A stretch of DNA of 64,000 nucleotides, taken from the NCBI RefSeq assembly GCF_028641065.1, contig NC_073406.1, positions 6,572,001 through 6,636,000 of the forward strand. Reading direction: 5' to 3'. This DNA comes from Leucoraja erinacea. Lineage: Eukaryota. The notes below the pieces were generated by a model, which searched no databases, was not told where the DNA came from, and worked only from the letters and a program-made list of their open reading frames with translations. Every line of letters starts with the position of its first letter. The first letter of the stretch is position 1. Shown here one piece after another: positions 15,001 to 26,715 of the stretch. The translations under genes and the position numbers were made by a program.

Positions 15001-18000
15001 CTGATGAAGGTTTGTTTGTGGATGTTTGTGTTGTTGGATAGGTCTCTGCTGAGGACTGAGTTGGCGATGATAGTGGTGTTGTTGTTAGGTGGGTTTCAGA
15101 TGGGGACACACTAACAGATGAAGCAGATGTCAATGTTGGATATGCTGTTGTTGGAAGCTCTGTTGATGATGATTCCTGTAATGTTGTTGGATGTGTTTTT
15201 GATGAGGACAAGGAGCTTGAAGGCACTTCTGTGGTCTGATGGCTCTCTGAGGGTGATTCAGTTTTTGATGAAACCGGCGTCGAACTGGAGTATGTTTCTG
15301 TTGAGGACTCAGTTACCTGTGATAAACTTGATGTTGTTAAATGTGTTTCTGAAGAGGACTCAGTGACTGATGAAACATTGGTTGTGCTTGGATTGGATTG
15401 TGATGATAGTTCAGTTCTTGAAGATTGCTGGGTTTTTGGAGTTGTTTCCAGAGAGGATGTGGCCATCGTGGATGCTGCTATTGTAGGATGTGATTCTGAT
15501 GAAGGTTCTGTTGTTGAGGAAGCTTTCACTGATGTGGAATATGATTCCGATGAGGAATGTGTTGTGACTGAAAATTGCGTTGTAAAATGTGGTTCTGAAA
15601 CAGTCACACTTTCTGAAGAATTCTGTGTCGTGTTTGCATTGGTTTGTGTTGAATGCTCTGTTCTTATTGATTCCTGCGTTTCTGACCGTGTTTCAGCTGT
15701 GGACAATGTGGCTGCTGATGCCTGTCTACCATTCGGTGTTGGTGAGGAAAATTCTGTTGTGGATGAGCCTTCTGTTGTGCGTGGGTAGGTTACTGATGGA
15801 GGCTCCGTTTCCTTTGAGATTGGTGTTGTTAAATGTGTTTCTGTTGTCAAAATAGTTTCTGTTGAAGCTTGTGTTGTCTTTGGATATGCCGATGTAAAGG
15901 GTTCCTGTGTATTTGTCTGACGTGTTTCAGGTGAGGAGACAGTGATCGATGATTCTTCTGTAGTTGGATGTGATACTGTTGCAGATTTGTTGGAGGATGT
16001 GATTTGCGATGATTGAGAATAAGTTACCGCTGAGCTCCCAGTGACCAAAGGTGACGTTGTTGCTGTTGCGAGGGTTTTTGATGAGAACGCACTTTCTGAG
16101 GGAATTTCTGATGTTGTTCCATGAGTTTGTGTTGACTGATCGGTACTTGATGATTCATGTGCTGTTGGCTGTCTTTCTGAAGGGGACATTGTTATTCGAG
16201 ATGCCTCTGTAGTTGGATGGGATTCCGATGAAGTTTCAGTTGTCACTGATGCTTGTGCAGATGTTGAACGTGTTTCTGATGGGGATTGAGTAACCAATGA
16301 AAATGATGAGCTTGTGGAGTGGGATTCAACTGGCGACACAGTGACTGATGAAACTTCTGTTGAACTTTGATGTGTTTGCGTTGAATGCTGTGTGCTTGAC
16401 GATTCCACTGTTGTCGGGTGTGTTTCTAATGAAGGTTTGTTTGTGGATGTTTGTATTGTTGGATAGGTCTCTGCTGAGGACTGAGTTGGCGATGATAGTG
16501 GTGTTGTTGTTAGGTGGGTTTCAGATGGGGACACACTAACAGATGAAGCAGATGTCAATGTTGGATATGCTGTTGTTGGAAGCTCTGTTGATGATGATTC
16601 CTGTAATGTTGTTGGATGTGTTTTTGATGAGGACAAGGAGCTTGAAGGCACTTCTGTGGTCTGATGGCTCTCTGAGGGTGATTCAGTTTTTGATGAAACC
16701 GGCGTCGAACTGGAGTATGTTTCTGTTGAGGACTCAGTTGCCTGTGATAAACTTGATGTTGTTAAATGTGTTTCTGAAGAGGACTCAGTGACTGATGAAA
16801 CATTGGTTGTGCTTGGATTGGATTGTGATGATAGTTCAGTTCTTGAAGATTGCTGGGTTTTTGGAGTTGTTTCCAGAGAGGATGTGGCCATCGTGGATGC
16901 TGCTATTGTAGGATGTGATTCTGATGAAGGTTCTGTTGTTGAGGAAGCTTTCACTGATGTGGAATATGATTCCGATGAGGAATGTGTTGTGACTGAAAAT
17001 TGCGTTGTAAAATGTGGTTCTGAAACAGTCACACTTTCTGAAGAATTCTGTGTCGTGTTTGCATTGGTTTGTGTTGAATGCTCCGTTCTTATTGATTCCT
17101 GCGTTTCTGACCGTGTTTCAGCTGTGGACAATGTGGCTGCTGATGCCTGTCTACCATTCGGTGTTGGTGAGGAAAATTCTGTTGTGGATGAGCCTTCTGT
17201 TGTGCGTGGGTAGGTTACTGATGGAGGCTCCGTTTCCTTTGAGATTGGTGTTGTTAAGTGTGTTTCTGTTGTCAAAATAGTTTCTGTTGAAGCTTGTGTT
17301 GTCTTTGGATATGCCGATGTAAAAGGTTCCTGTGTATTTGTCTGACGTGTTTCAGGTGAGGAGACAGTGATCGATGATTCTTCTGTAGTTGGATGTGATA
17401 CTGTTGCAGATTTGTTGGAGGATGTGATTTGCGATGATTGAGAATAAGTTACCGCTGAGCTCCCAGTGACCAAAGGTGACGTTGTTGCTGTTGCGAGGGT
17501 TTTTGATGAGGACGCACTTTCTGAGGGAATTTCTGATGTTGTTCCATGAGTTTGTGTTGACTGCTCTGTACTTGATGATTCATGTGCTGTTGGCTGTCTT
17601 TCTGAAGGGGACATTGTGATTCGAGATGCCTCTGTAGTTGGATGGGATTCCAATGAAGTTTCAGTTGTCACTGATGCTTGTGCAGATGTTGAACGTGTTT
17701 CTGATGGGGATTGAGTAACCAATGAAAATGATGAGCTTGTGGAGTGGGATTCAACTGGCGACACAGTGACTGATGAAACTTCCGTTGAGCTTTGATGTGT
17801 TTGCGTTGAATGCTGTGTGCTTGACGATTCCACTGTTGTCGGGTGTGTTTCTGATGAAGGTTTGTTTGTGGATGTTTGTGTTGTTGGATAGGTCTCTGCT
17901 GAGGACTGAGTTGGCGATGATAGTGGTGTTGTTGTTAGGTGGGTTTCAGATGGGGACACACTAACAGATGAAGCAGATGTCAATGTTGGATATGCTGTTG

Positions 18001-19880
18001 TTGGAAGCTCTGTTGATGATGATTCCTGTAATGTTGTTGGATGTGTTTTTGATGAGGACAAGGAGCTTGAAGGCACTTCTGTGGTCTGATGGCTCTCTGA
18101 GGGTGATTCAGTTTTTGATGAAACCGGCGTCGAACTGGAGTATGTTTCTGTTGAGGACTCAGTTACCTGTGATAAACTTGATGTTGTTAAATGTGTTTCT
18201 GAAGAGGACTCAGTGACTGATGAAACATTGGTTGTGCTTGGATTGGATTGTGATGATAGTTCAGTTCTTGAAGATTGCTGGGTTTTTGGAGTTGTTTCCA
18301 GAGAGGATGTGGCCATCGTGGATGCTGCTATTGTAGGATGTGATTCTGATGAAGGTTCTGTTGTTGAGGAAGCTTTCACTGATGTGGAATATGATTCCGA
18401 TGAAGAATGTGTTGTGACTGAAAATTGCGTTGTAAAATGTGGTTCTGAAACAGTCACACTTTCTGAAGAATTCTGTGTCGTGCTTGCATTGGTTTGTGTT
18501 GAATGCTCCGTTCTTATTGATTCCTGCGTTTCTGACCGTGTTTCAGCTGTGGACAATGTGGCTGCTGATGCCTGTCTACCATTCGGTGTTGGTGAGGAAA
18601 ATTCTGTTGTGGATAAGCTTTCTGTTGTGCGTGGGTAGGTTACTGATGGAGGCTCCGTTTCCTTTGAGAGTGGTGTTGTTAAATGTGTTTCTGTTGTCAA
18701 AATAGTTTCTGTTGAAGCTTGTGTTGTCTTTGGATATGCCGATGTAAAAGGTTCCTGTGTATTTGTCTGACGTGTTTCAGGTGAGGAGACAGTGATCGAT
18801 GATTCTTCTGTAGTTGGATGTGATACTGTTGCAGATTTGTTGGAGGATGTGATTTGCGATGATTGAGAATAAGTTACCGCTGAGCTCCCAGTGACCAAAG
18901 GTGACGTTGTTGCTGTTGCGAGGGTTTTTGATGAGGACGCACTTTCTGAGGGAATTTCTGATGTTGTTCCATGAGTTTGTGTTGACTGCTCTGTACTTGA
19001 TGATTCATGTGCTGTTGGCTGTCTTTCTGAAGGGGACATTGTGATTCGAGATGCCTCTGTAGTTGGATGGGATTCCGATGAAGTTTCAGTTGTCACTGAT
19101 GCTTGTGCAGATGTTGAACGCGTTTCTGACGGGGATTGAGTAACCAATGAAAATGATGAGCTTGTGGAGTGGGATTCAACTGGCGACACAGTGACTGATG
19201 AAACTTCTGTTGAGCTTTGATGTGTTTGCGTTGAATGCTGTGTGCTTGACGATTCCACTGTTGTCGGGTGTGTTTCTGATGAAGGTTTGTTTGTGGATGT
19301 TTGTGTTGTTGGATAGGTCTCTGCTGAGGACTGAGTTGGCGATGATAGTGGTGTTGTTGTTAGGTGGGTTTCAGATGGGGACACACTAACAGATGAAGCA
19401 GATGTCAATGTTGGATATGCTGTTGCTGGAAGCTCTGTTGATGATGATTCCTGTAATGTTGTTGGGTGTGTTTTTGATGAGGACAAGGAGCTTGAAGGCA
19501 CTTCTGTGGTCTGATGCCTTTCTGAGGGTGATTCAGTTTTTGATGAAACCAGTCTCGAACTGGAGTATGTTTCTGTTGAGGACTCAGTTACCTGTGATAA
19601 ACTTGATGTTGTTAGATGTGTTTCTGAAGAGGACTCAGTGACTGATGAAACATTGGTTGTGCTTGGATTGGATTGTGATGATAGTTCAGTTCTTAATGAT
19701 TGCTGGGTTTTTGGAGTTGTTTCCAGAGAGGATGTGGCCATCGTGGATGCTGCTATTGTAGGATGTGATTCTGATGAAGGTTCTGTTGTTGAGGAAGCTT
19801 TCACTGATGTGGAATATGATTCCGATGAGGAGCGTGTGGTTGCTGATAATTTTGTCGTGAAATGTGGTTCTGAAACGGAC
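1..19880 (-). repeat. Coding tandem array, unit 1425 bp (475 aa), ~14 near-identical copies
   Basis: Identical ORF-track entries recur every 1425 bp (e.g. 2290, 3715, 5140, 6565, 7990). The spacing is 1426-1428 where +1 insertions occur. Confidence 0.97.
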
Positions 19881-20109
19881 ACACTTTCTGAAGAATTAAG
19901 TTTTGTGCTTGTAATGTTTTGTGATGATTGCTGGTTTCTTGGTGTTGTTTCTGGAGGGGAGCTGCCTCTTGTGGGTGATTCTGCTGTTAGAGATGATTCT
20001 GAGTTTCCTTCTTTTGAAGGATTTGATATTGATGATGCTTCTCTCATTTGGTTGCTTTCTGATATTGTATCCCTTCTTGTCTTGAAATTTGTGGCTGATG
20101 AATGTTCAG
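1..20109 (-). CDS. Giant mucin-type PTS (Ser/Thr/Pro/Glu-rich) exon, >6,600 codons, 3' end outside the window
   Basis: Minus-strand ORFs 12407-20116, 8598-12281 and 2072-8578 encode the same S/T/P/E-rich, Cys-free repeat. A splice acceptor (...ctccattttcattgatag|CT GAA CAT) precedes 20109 (phase 1). The frame is broken only by isolated +1 insertions. Confidence 0.9.
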
Positions 20110-20422
20110 CTATCAATGAAAATGGAGATTAAATTAATTTTTGATGGAGACACAATTGAAAATATTGTTGAAATTAAAGTCATTATCATAGTTATAATCA
20201 AGTAAACAGACCTTTCTACCCAATTCATCCATGCCGACCAAGGTGCCCTCTAGTGAATGAAGTAATGTTTGGAAGGAATTAAAAATATTAAAGTTAATCA
20301 ATTGTGTTTCAGTCCTTTGTCACCTCTGCCCTGCTGTCGGTTCTGAATGGTCATGTGGAATCACAGGATTCCAGTGTCAACTCCATATGACTCAGCAGAA
20401 ACCGAACTCTGTGCATAAGGTT

Positions 20423-21025
20423 AAAAGGTCATAAGTGATAGGAGCAGAAGTAGGCCATTAGGCCCTACAAGTCGACTCTGCCATTTAATCATGGCTGATC
20501 TATCTCTCCCTCCTATCCCTTCTCCCTTTAACCCCTGACACCAGTACTCATCAAGAATCTATCTCTCACTGCCTTAAAAATATCCAGCCTTCTGTGGCAA
20601 AACATTCCACAGATTCACCGCCCTCTGACTAAAGAAATTCCTTCTCATCTCCTTCGTAAAGGAACGTCCTTTAATTCGGAGGCTATGACGTCTAGTCCTA
20701 GATTCTCCTCATTCACTCTATCCAAGCCTTTCACTATTCAGTAGGTTTCAATGAGGTCCCTCCTCATTCTTCTAAACTCCAGCGAGTACAAGCCCAATGC
20801 CGTCAAATATTCATCATATTTTAACGCACTCACTCCTGGGATAATTCTTGTAAACCTCCTCTGGACTCTCTCCAAAGCCAGCTCATCCCTCCTCATATAT
20901 GGTGCCCAAAATTGCTCACAATACTCCAAATCCAGCCTGACCAGCGCCTTATAAGATCCTCAGCATTACATCCCTGTTTTTGTATTCTAGCCCTCTGGAA
21001 ATAAATGCCAGCATTGCGTTTGCCT
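20423..21025 (-). mobile_element. CR1-clade LINE 3' fragment
   Basis: ORF EYCEQFWAPY...LERVQRRFTRII...LGLYSLEFRR is a typical CR1 ORF2 C-terminus, followed by 3' UTR. Confidence 0.85.
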
Positions 21026-21354
21026 TATTTGTGCACAGGTTCAGAACTTATTTCTGTTGAAATGTTTGAGCATAACTCATTCCATAGGGAAATAATGGCA
21101 GAAGCCAACAATATTCACTTCGCATGAGGGGACAGATTTACGGGTTTTGTATGATGTTACTTGCGAAGAAGAAATTTTTTTCAGATGTACATTTTAGGGG
21201 TCTGATTTAAAATTCTAATTTTCTTTAGTGTCAGATTCTAGTATTCTAAGATTTCTGTAATGTAACGTATTCTCCTCTGTGAACACATAATCTAACGACT
21301 TATTTTATTCTTTTTGCCATTTTTCCTGTTCCCATTGTGTTTTCTCCTGAAAAA

Positions 21355-21860
21355 AGGACACAAAGTGCTGGAGTACCTCAGCGGGTCGGGGACATTTCGG
21401 GTCAGGGCCCTTCTTCAGACTGATTCAGTCCGATTAAGGATCCTGACCCGAATCATCACCTATCACAGCTTAAGGATAAGGGGGAAATCCTTTAGAACCG
21501 AGATGAGGAGAACTTTTTTCACACAGAGAGTGGTGAATCTCTGGAACTCTCTGCCACAGAGGGTAGTTGAGGCCAGTTCATTGGCTATATTTAAGAGGGA
21601 GTTAGATGTGGCCCTTGTGGCCAAGGGGATCAGAGGGTATGGAGAGAAGGCAGGTACGGGATACTGAGTTGGATGATCAGCCATGATCATATTGAATGGC
21701 GGTGCAGGCTCGAAGGGCCGAATGGCCTACTCCTGCACCTAATTTCTATGTTTCTATGTTTCTATCCATGTTCTCCAGGGATGCTGCCTGACCCGCTGAA
21801 TTACACCAGGATTTTGTGGGGGATTTTGTAAACCAGCATCTGATGTTTCTTGTTTCTATA
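21355..21860. mobile_element. Palindromic Penelope-derived short element containing a nested young CR1 3' end (21463-21762, +)
   Basis: tgctggagt..ctcagcggg left arm and cccgctga...ccagcatctg right arm. The insert ends in (tttctatg)n, and ctatc flanks both sides. Confidence 0.7.
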
Positions 21861-22331
21861 TTTTCTCCTGTTTTTGTCTGTAAGGGACCTATATTTGACT
21901 TCACTAATCTTTTTTCTTTTTACATATTTGTAGAACCATTTACCATCCACTTTTATATTCCCAGTAATCAGTTGTGATATTTATAAGGAATTGAATTTTC
22001 GCAGCATATCAGGTTATAGACCTGCACATTGAATTTGTAAGTTCATCAAGGCTGCTGAATGAATGGTTATTTGTCGCATGGACTGAATATTCATGCAGAG
22101 GGTGGTGGGCCTATGGAACGAACAGCCAGAGAAGGTAGTTGAGGCAGACACCATAATGGCATTTAAAAGACATGGATACAAAATTGAAGAAAAGGTTTGG
22201 AGAAATATAGGCCAAACACGGGCAAATGGGACTAGCTTAGATGGAGAATCTTGGTCGGCATGGACAAGTTGGGCCAAAGGATCGTTTTCTGTGTCATATG
22301 ACTTTATGAACCAGAAATATGAAATTCCTAC

Positions 22332-22349
22332 TTGCTGCTGCTTTACAGG
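22332..22349 (-). CDS. Candidate 18-nt phase-1/phase-1 micro-exon (xCKAAAx)
   Basis: ttatatttag|CCTGTAAAGCAGCAGCAA|gtagga. It is frame-compatible with the 22591-22646 exon and the mucin exon, but the donor is weak. Confidence 0.3.
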
Positions 22350-22590
22350 CTAAATATAAACAATAAATGTACAATAAATTATCGGAGAAATAAAAAACTG
22401 CAGATGTTGGAATTTTCAGCAAAACATAAAATGCTGGAAGGACTCAGTGGGTCAGGCAGCATCTGTGGAGGGAATGGATAGTCTAAAGAAGGATCCCAAC
22501 TTAAAACGCCATCTGTCCTGGTGAGTTTTTCCAGCATGTGTTTTGCTCAATATTCTAAGTAAACTGGACCATGAACGCTCAAACACTTAC

Positions 22591-22646
22591 TGCTGGAAAT
22601 CCAATGGAGCTGAGTAATATTAAAATCTAACAAACATTTCAGGTTC
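22591..22646 (-). CDS. Candidate exon (NLKCLLDFNITQLHWISS), phase 2 to 1, splices in frame to the mucin exon
   Basis: Strong acceptor ttttgcggtttcccttcag| and donor |gtaagt; 56 nt and open in the required frame. Confidence 0.55.
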
Positions 22647-22986
22647 CTGAAGGGAAACCGCAAAATATTCAAACTGGGTTTGAAACTGAATAAAATGCTT
22701 AACAGGTTAAATCTGTTCAAAGCACTGAACAGTGTAGCAAAAGAAGATTAAAAGGATAGCCTTCCCTACTCTCCCTTCTACTGTTGACGCTATTATGAAC
22801 CATACATTGAAAGAAATCCATCTTTAACTTCCATTTGTAAAGAATATAGGCCACTGGTGTGAATCACTGATATTCCTGGTGACTGAATGTGCCCAGATTT
22901 CCTGCTTATATTGTACTGCAGCCATGGTGCCCACACTACTGAGGAATTCATTGTACATAATTTACAGATAACTATCCTCAACTCAC

Positions 22987-23145
22987 TGCATTTCTTCTCG
23001 TTGGAGATATTGTAGATCCTCTTTGCACCACTCTACGTACTCATTATTTTCAATAAATTGTCTTTGTTTGCTCTGAGTCATATGCCCCACGTCATTCTCC
23101 TCTGTACCAACCTCGTTAGATGACCTAATGTTCTTTGTAAACGCC
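22987..23145 (-). CDS. Candidate exon (AFTKNIRSSNEVGTEENDVGHMTQSKQRQFIENNEYVEWCKEDLQYLQREEM), phase 2 to 2
   Basis: taattatttaaacag| ... ATGCA|gtgagt; 159 nt with no stop; in phase with 22591-22646. Confidence 0.5.
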
Positions 23146-25345
23146 CTGTTTAAATAATTAATTGTATTAGCAACTGGTATCGCTATTACATCAAATTATT
23201 TTCTGTGTTTGATAGAACCTGCCTGATTGGCAGATGATCCCAGTTCAGGTGACTGCTCCAGGACAAGGAAGGACACTGATCAAGTTGTAGCCTTGGATCT
23301 AATCAAAAATGGTTGAAGGGAGTTTATATAAAGAGTTACTTGCATTTTTAGAACGTGCTTCATAGCAGCAAGTCCCAAAGTGGTTATTGCAACAGTTTTG
23401 AATTGTCGTTTATGTTGTGATGCAGGAAACAGACCTAGAGATTTTCACTGAACAAAATCCCTCATTTGCAAATTACCAAATTATTCATTTTTACTAATGT
23501 TGTTTAAAGATAGTTTTTAACCCAGGAGAAGTAATTGCCTGGATCTTCTTCCAATAATATTGTGGAATCTAGAATTTGAGAGGGAGTGGGCCCCTTGGTT
23601 TAGTATCTCATCATAGAACATAGAACAGCATAGCACAACAACAGGCCCTTCAGCCCACAATGTCTGTGCCGAACATGATGCCAAGACCAATTCTTATCTA
23701 CCTGCACATTATCCATATCCCTGCACATCCATATCCAACAGTTTCTGGGATGCCACTATCGTACCTCAAGGCAATATGTTCCAGGTATTGAGTCTCGATT
23801 GCCACCACAGAATCTTTTGTCTGGAGTGCTACAATGAGGAAGGTCAGGAAGATCCTTAACATATGAGAGGTCTTTAAAGAAGCTGTTCTTGAATGTGGTA
23901 GACTGCTGACAAGCCTTGATATCAATTGGAGAGGGGAGAAGAGAGAATGACCAGGGTGTGAGAGGACTGTGATTGTTGGCTGCTCACCTGAGGCAAATGG
24001 TAGAGTGACCCACCCATTCTGATGTGACTCAGTAATGCTGGAATGAAGGGCACCTGTTTCATGGCGCTTGTATGTCTTGGAGAATCTGACATCATTCACG
24101 TTGGTGTGGGTTTATTCATTCCATCTCATTGCAGAACTGGGTGACCACAGGGAAAGCTATTGGCTGAGATGTTTCTCCCTGACCACAAACACAATGGAGT
24201 TCATGATTCAGAGTTTCCATCGCACATTGCAATCTACATTATTCCACCCCGGCCAGCTTACATCCAGCAGACGTTGTGCCTGTGAGCACGGGCCACATAC
24301 CACTTGTGAATATAAACAGATACCACTCAGCACACCAGGCAGTGTGTGGGGGAAGAGAAACAGAGGATATTTTTCGGGTAGAAGGCTCTTGTCAGATTTC
24401 CAACATCAGCAGTTTTGTGACTTTCACTTCTTGAGGAATGCTGTAATTTGTGTCAATATTAACGGAACAATTACTGGAGTTGGGTGGGGCCATTTCTGTG
24501 ACATAAATAATTAATTTATAATTCCTGGTGCCAGGCACGTGCCTCTGTTCCCTTGAATTTTGAAGATGGAAGTCTAATTTGATGATGGGGTTGAAATGAG
24601 AAGAGGGTTTAGAAGGGTGAGTGAAGGGTGGGTGAAGACTTTCCCAAGAATGCACAGCCATTATCTTAGAATACGTTCAGGGGTGACAGCAAGAGAACTT
24701 TGTCACAGGGCCAGTGTAGTTATAATCTGGAGCTAATTTCCACAATAGTTTGAAGTGGAACTGGAGATTTTAAAACTAAATTCAATATGTGTCGGCACGG
24801 ACTTGTAGGGCCGAGATGGCCTGTTTCCGTGCTGTAATTGTTATGTGGTTGTTATATGGTTAATATAATTTGGTTGAGGGAGATGACAAGATTGTAAAGT
24901 GAAGAAAAGCAAAAAGAAGTTGAGGCCTTGATATAATTAAATGACAGAAAGGGCATACATATTGACTCATTAGCTCATGCAAAGGACAATATTCTGACAT
25001 GTATGAGTTAAAGAACATAGCCTGATGTCTGAGCACATAGAACTGTACAACATAGGAACAGGCCCTTTAGCCCACACTATCCATGCCGAACATAATGCCA
25101 ACACCTGATCCATATACAGTACCTCCATTCTTTGCATATCCATGTGCCCATCTAAATGCCCCTTAAATGCCACTGTCATATCTACCTTTACCACCACCCC
25201 CTGGCGGCATATTCCAGGCATCTACCACCCTCTGAATCAAAAATGTGCCCTACACATCTCCTTAAACTTTGCCCATCTCGCCTTAAAGCTATGTCCTCTT
25301 GCCTGGTATTAAGTTTGGATTTTAAATAATTGTAGAATTTCTTAC

Positions 25346-25446
25346 AAAGAACCGCCTCTGGAATATCTTGTTTGCTTTCCCTCTGATGCTCTGTAAGCAG
25401 CTACCATTCCTGATCCCGGTTCTAGTGTTAAACGGTCGCTGATTAT
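25346..25446 (-). pseudogene. Exon-like block (frame ambiguous: ...SCLQSIRGK... or IISDRLTLEPG...)
   Basis: tattcttcag| ... |gtaag; 101 nt with two open frames. LQSIRG resembles the L-domain LxxIRG motif. Confidence 0.4.
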
Positions 25447-25569
25447 CTGAAGAATAGAATATTCCATGCGTTGAGTTGTCTGAGGTATTAAAAAATCGGG
25501 TTGGGGAGAATGAGTGAATCCTACAGGGAACTGGAGATTGGGAGGAATGAATGAATGATACAAACAAAG

Positions 25570-26365
25570 ACACGAGGACCAGGGAACTTGGGGCAGTCAA
25601 TAGAAGTGTCTTGAGGGCAATCAGCATTACGATCGAGGTGATGCTGAATGTCCTAACGCACATCAAGGCAGACAACTCTCCTGGGATTGATCAGATATAT
25701 CCAAGGACACTGTGGGAAGATAGAGAAGAAATTGCAGATGTCCGGGCTGAGATATGAGCCATGATTAAATATGAGTTAGGTGCTGGTCGACTGGAGGGCG
25801 GCAAATGTTCGGCCTCTATTTATTGAGGGTTGCAAGGACAAGCCTGGAAATTATGGGCCTGTGAGCCTACCATCTGTGGTCGCAAAGTTACCAGGGCATT
25901 CTGAGGTATAAGAAATGCATGCGTTTAGATAGACGAGGACTGATTAGGGATAGTCACCACAGTTTTGTAGATGGGAGATCGTGTCTCACGAATCTGAATG
26001 AGTTTTTGAAGATATAATCATAAAGTTGATGACGGCAGAGATGTAGATATTGTCTGTATGGATTTCAGCAAGGCATTTGACAAGGTACCGCATGGTAGGC
26101 TGCTTTGGAAGATGACATCAAATGGGTTCCAGGGTGAGTTAGCCAACTGGCTAGAAAATTGGCTTCATGGAATGCAGCAGAAGTTGATGGTAGAAGGTTG
26201 TTTTTCAGACTGGAGGCCTGTGACTAGGGGTTTGCCTCAAGGACCAGTGCTGTGCCCATTGCTTTTTGTGGTTTATATCAACGATTTGCATGAGAACGGA
26301 CAAGGCAGGAATAATACGTTTCCAGATGATAGCGCATAGTGGAGGGTTATCAAGGTTACATGAGA
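25570..26365 (+). mobile_element. Degenerate CR1 reverse-transcriptase fragment
   Basis: DFSKAFDKVPHGRLL...GLPQGPVLCPLLFVVYINDL...FPDD. Confidence 0.85.
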
Positions 26366-26369
26366 TCTT

Positions 26370-26715
26370 AATGCTGGAGTAACTCAGCGGGACGGGCAGC
26401 ATCTCTGGAGAGAAGGGATGGGTGACATTTTGGGTCGAGACCCTTCTTCAGACTGAGAGTCAGGGAAAGAGGGAGACTACAGGTATGGGAGGGTAAGGTG
26501 TGAAAACAACAGATCAAAGCGGACGATAAGGAAATGTAGAATGATTCAGTTAGATGAGGGGAAGGTGACAACGAGGCATACAATCAGGAAAATTAATCAG
26601 AAGGACAGTGAAACTAGTCATAGAACTAGGGTGAGAGAGGGATAGAGAGAGAGGGAAAGCAAGTGTTACTTGAAGTTAGAGAAATCAATATTCATACCGC
26701 TGAGTTGTAAGCGGA
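26370..26715 (-). mobile_element. Penelope-like element 3' end / pseudo-LTR
   Basis: Encodes GMNIDFSNFK* (same C-terminus as the 62808 ORF) plus the terminal motif ctgaagaagggtctcgacccaaaatgtc. Confidence 0.7.

Noticed and set aside
1-19880. CRISPR array or non-coding satellite interpretation of the tandem array
   Set aside because: There is no repeat-spacer structure. The unit length is a multiple of three and maintains a long ORF, and the context is eukaryotic.
667-20132. Dozens of short plus-strand hydrophobic or Val/Cys/Asp-rich ORFs repeating every 1425 bp
   Set aside because: They are antisense shadows of the Ser/Thr codons of the minus-strand mucin exon.
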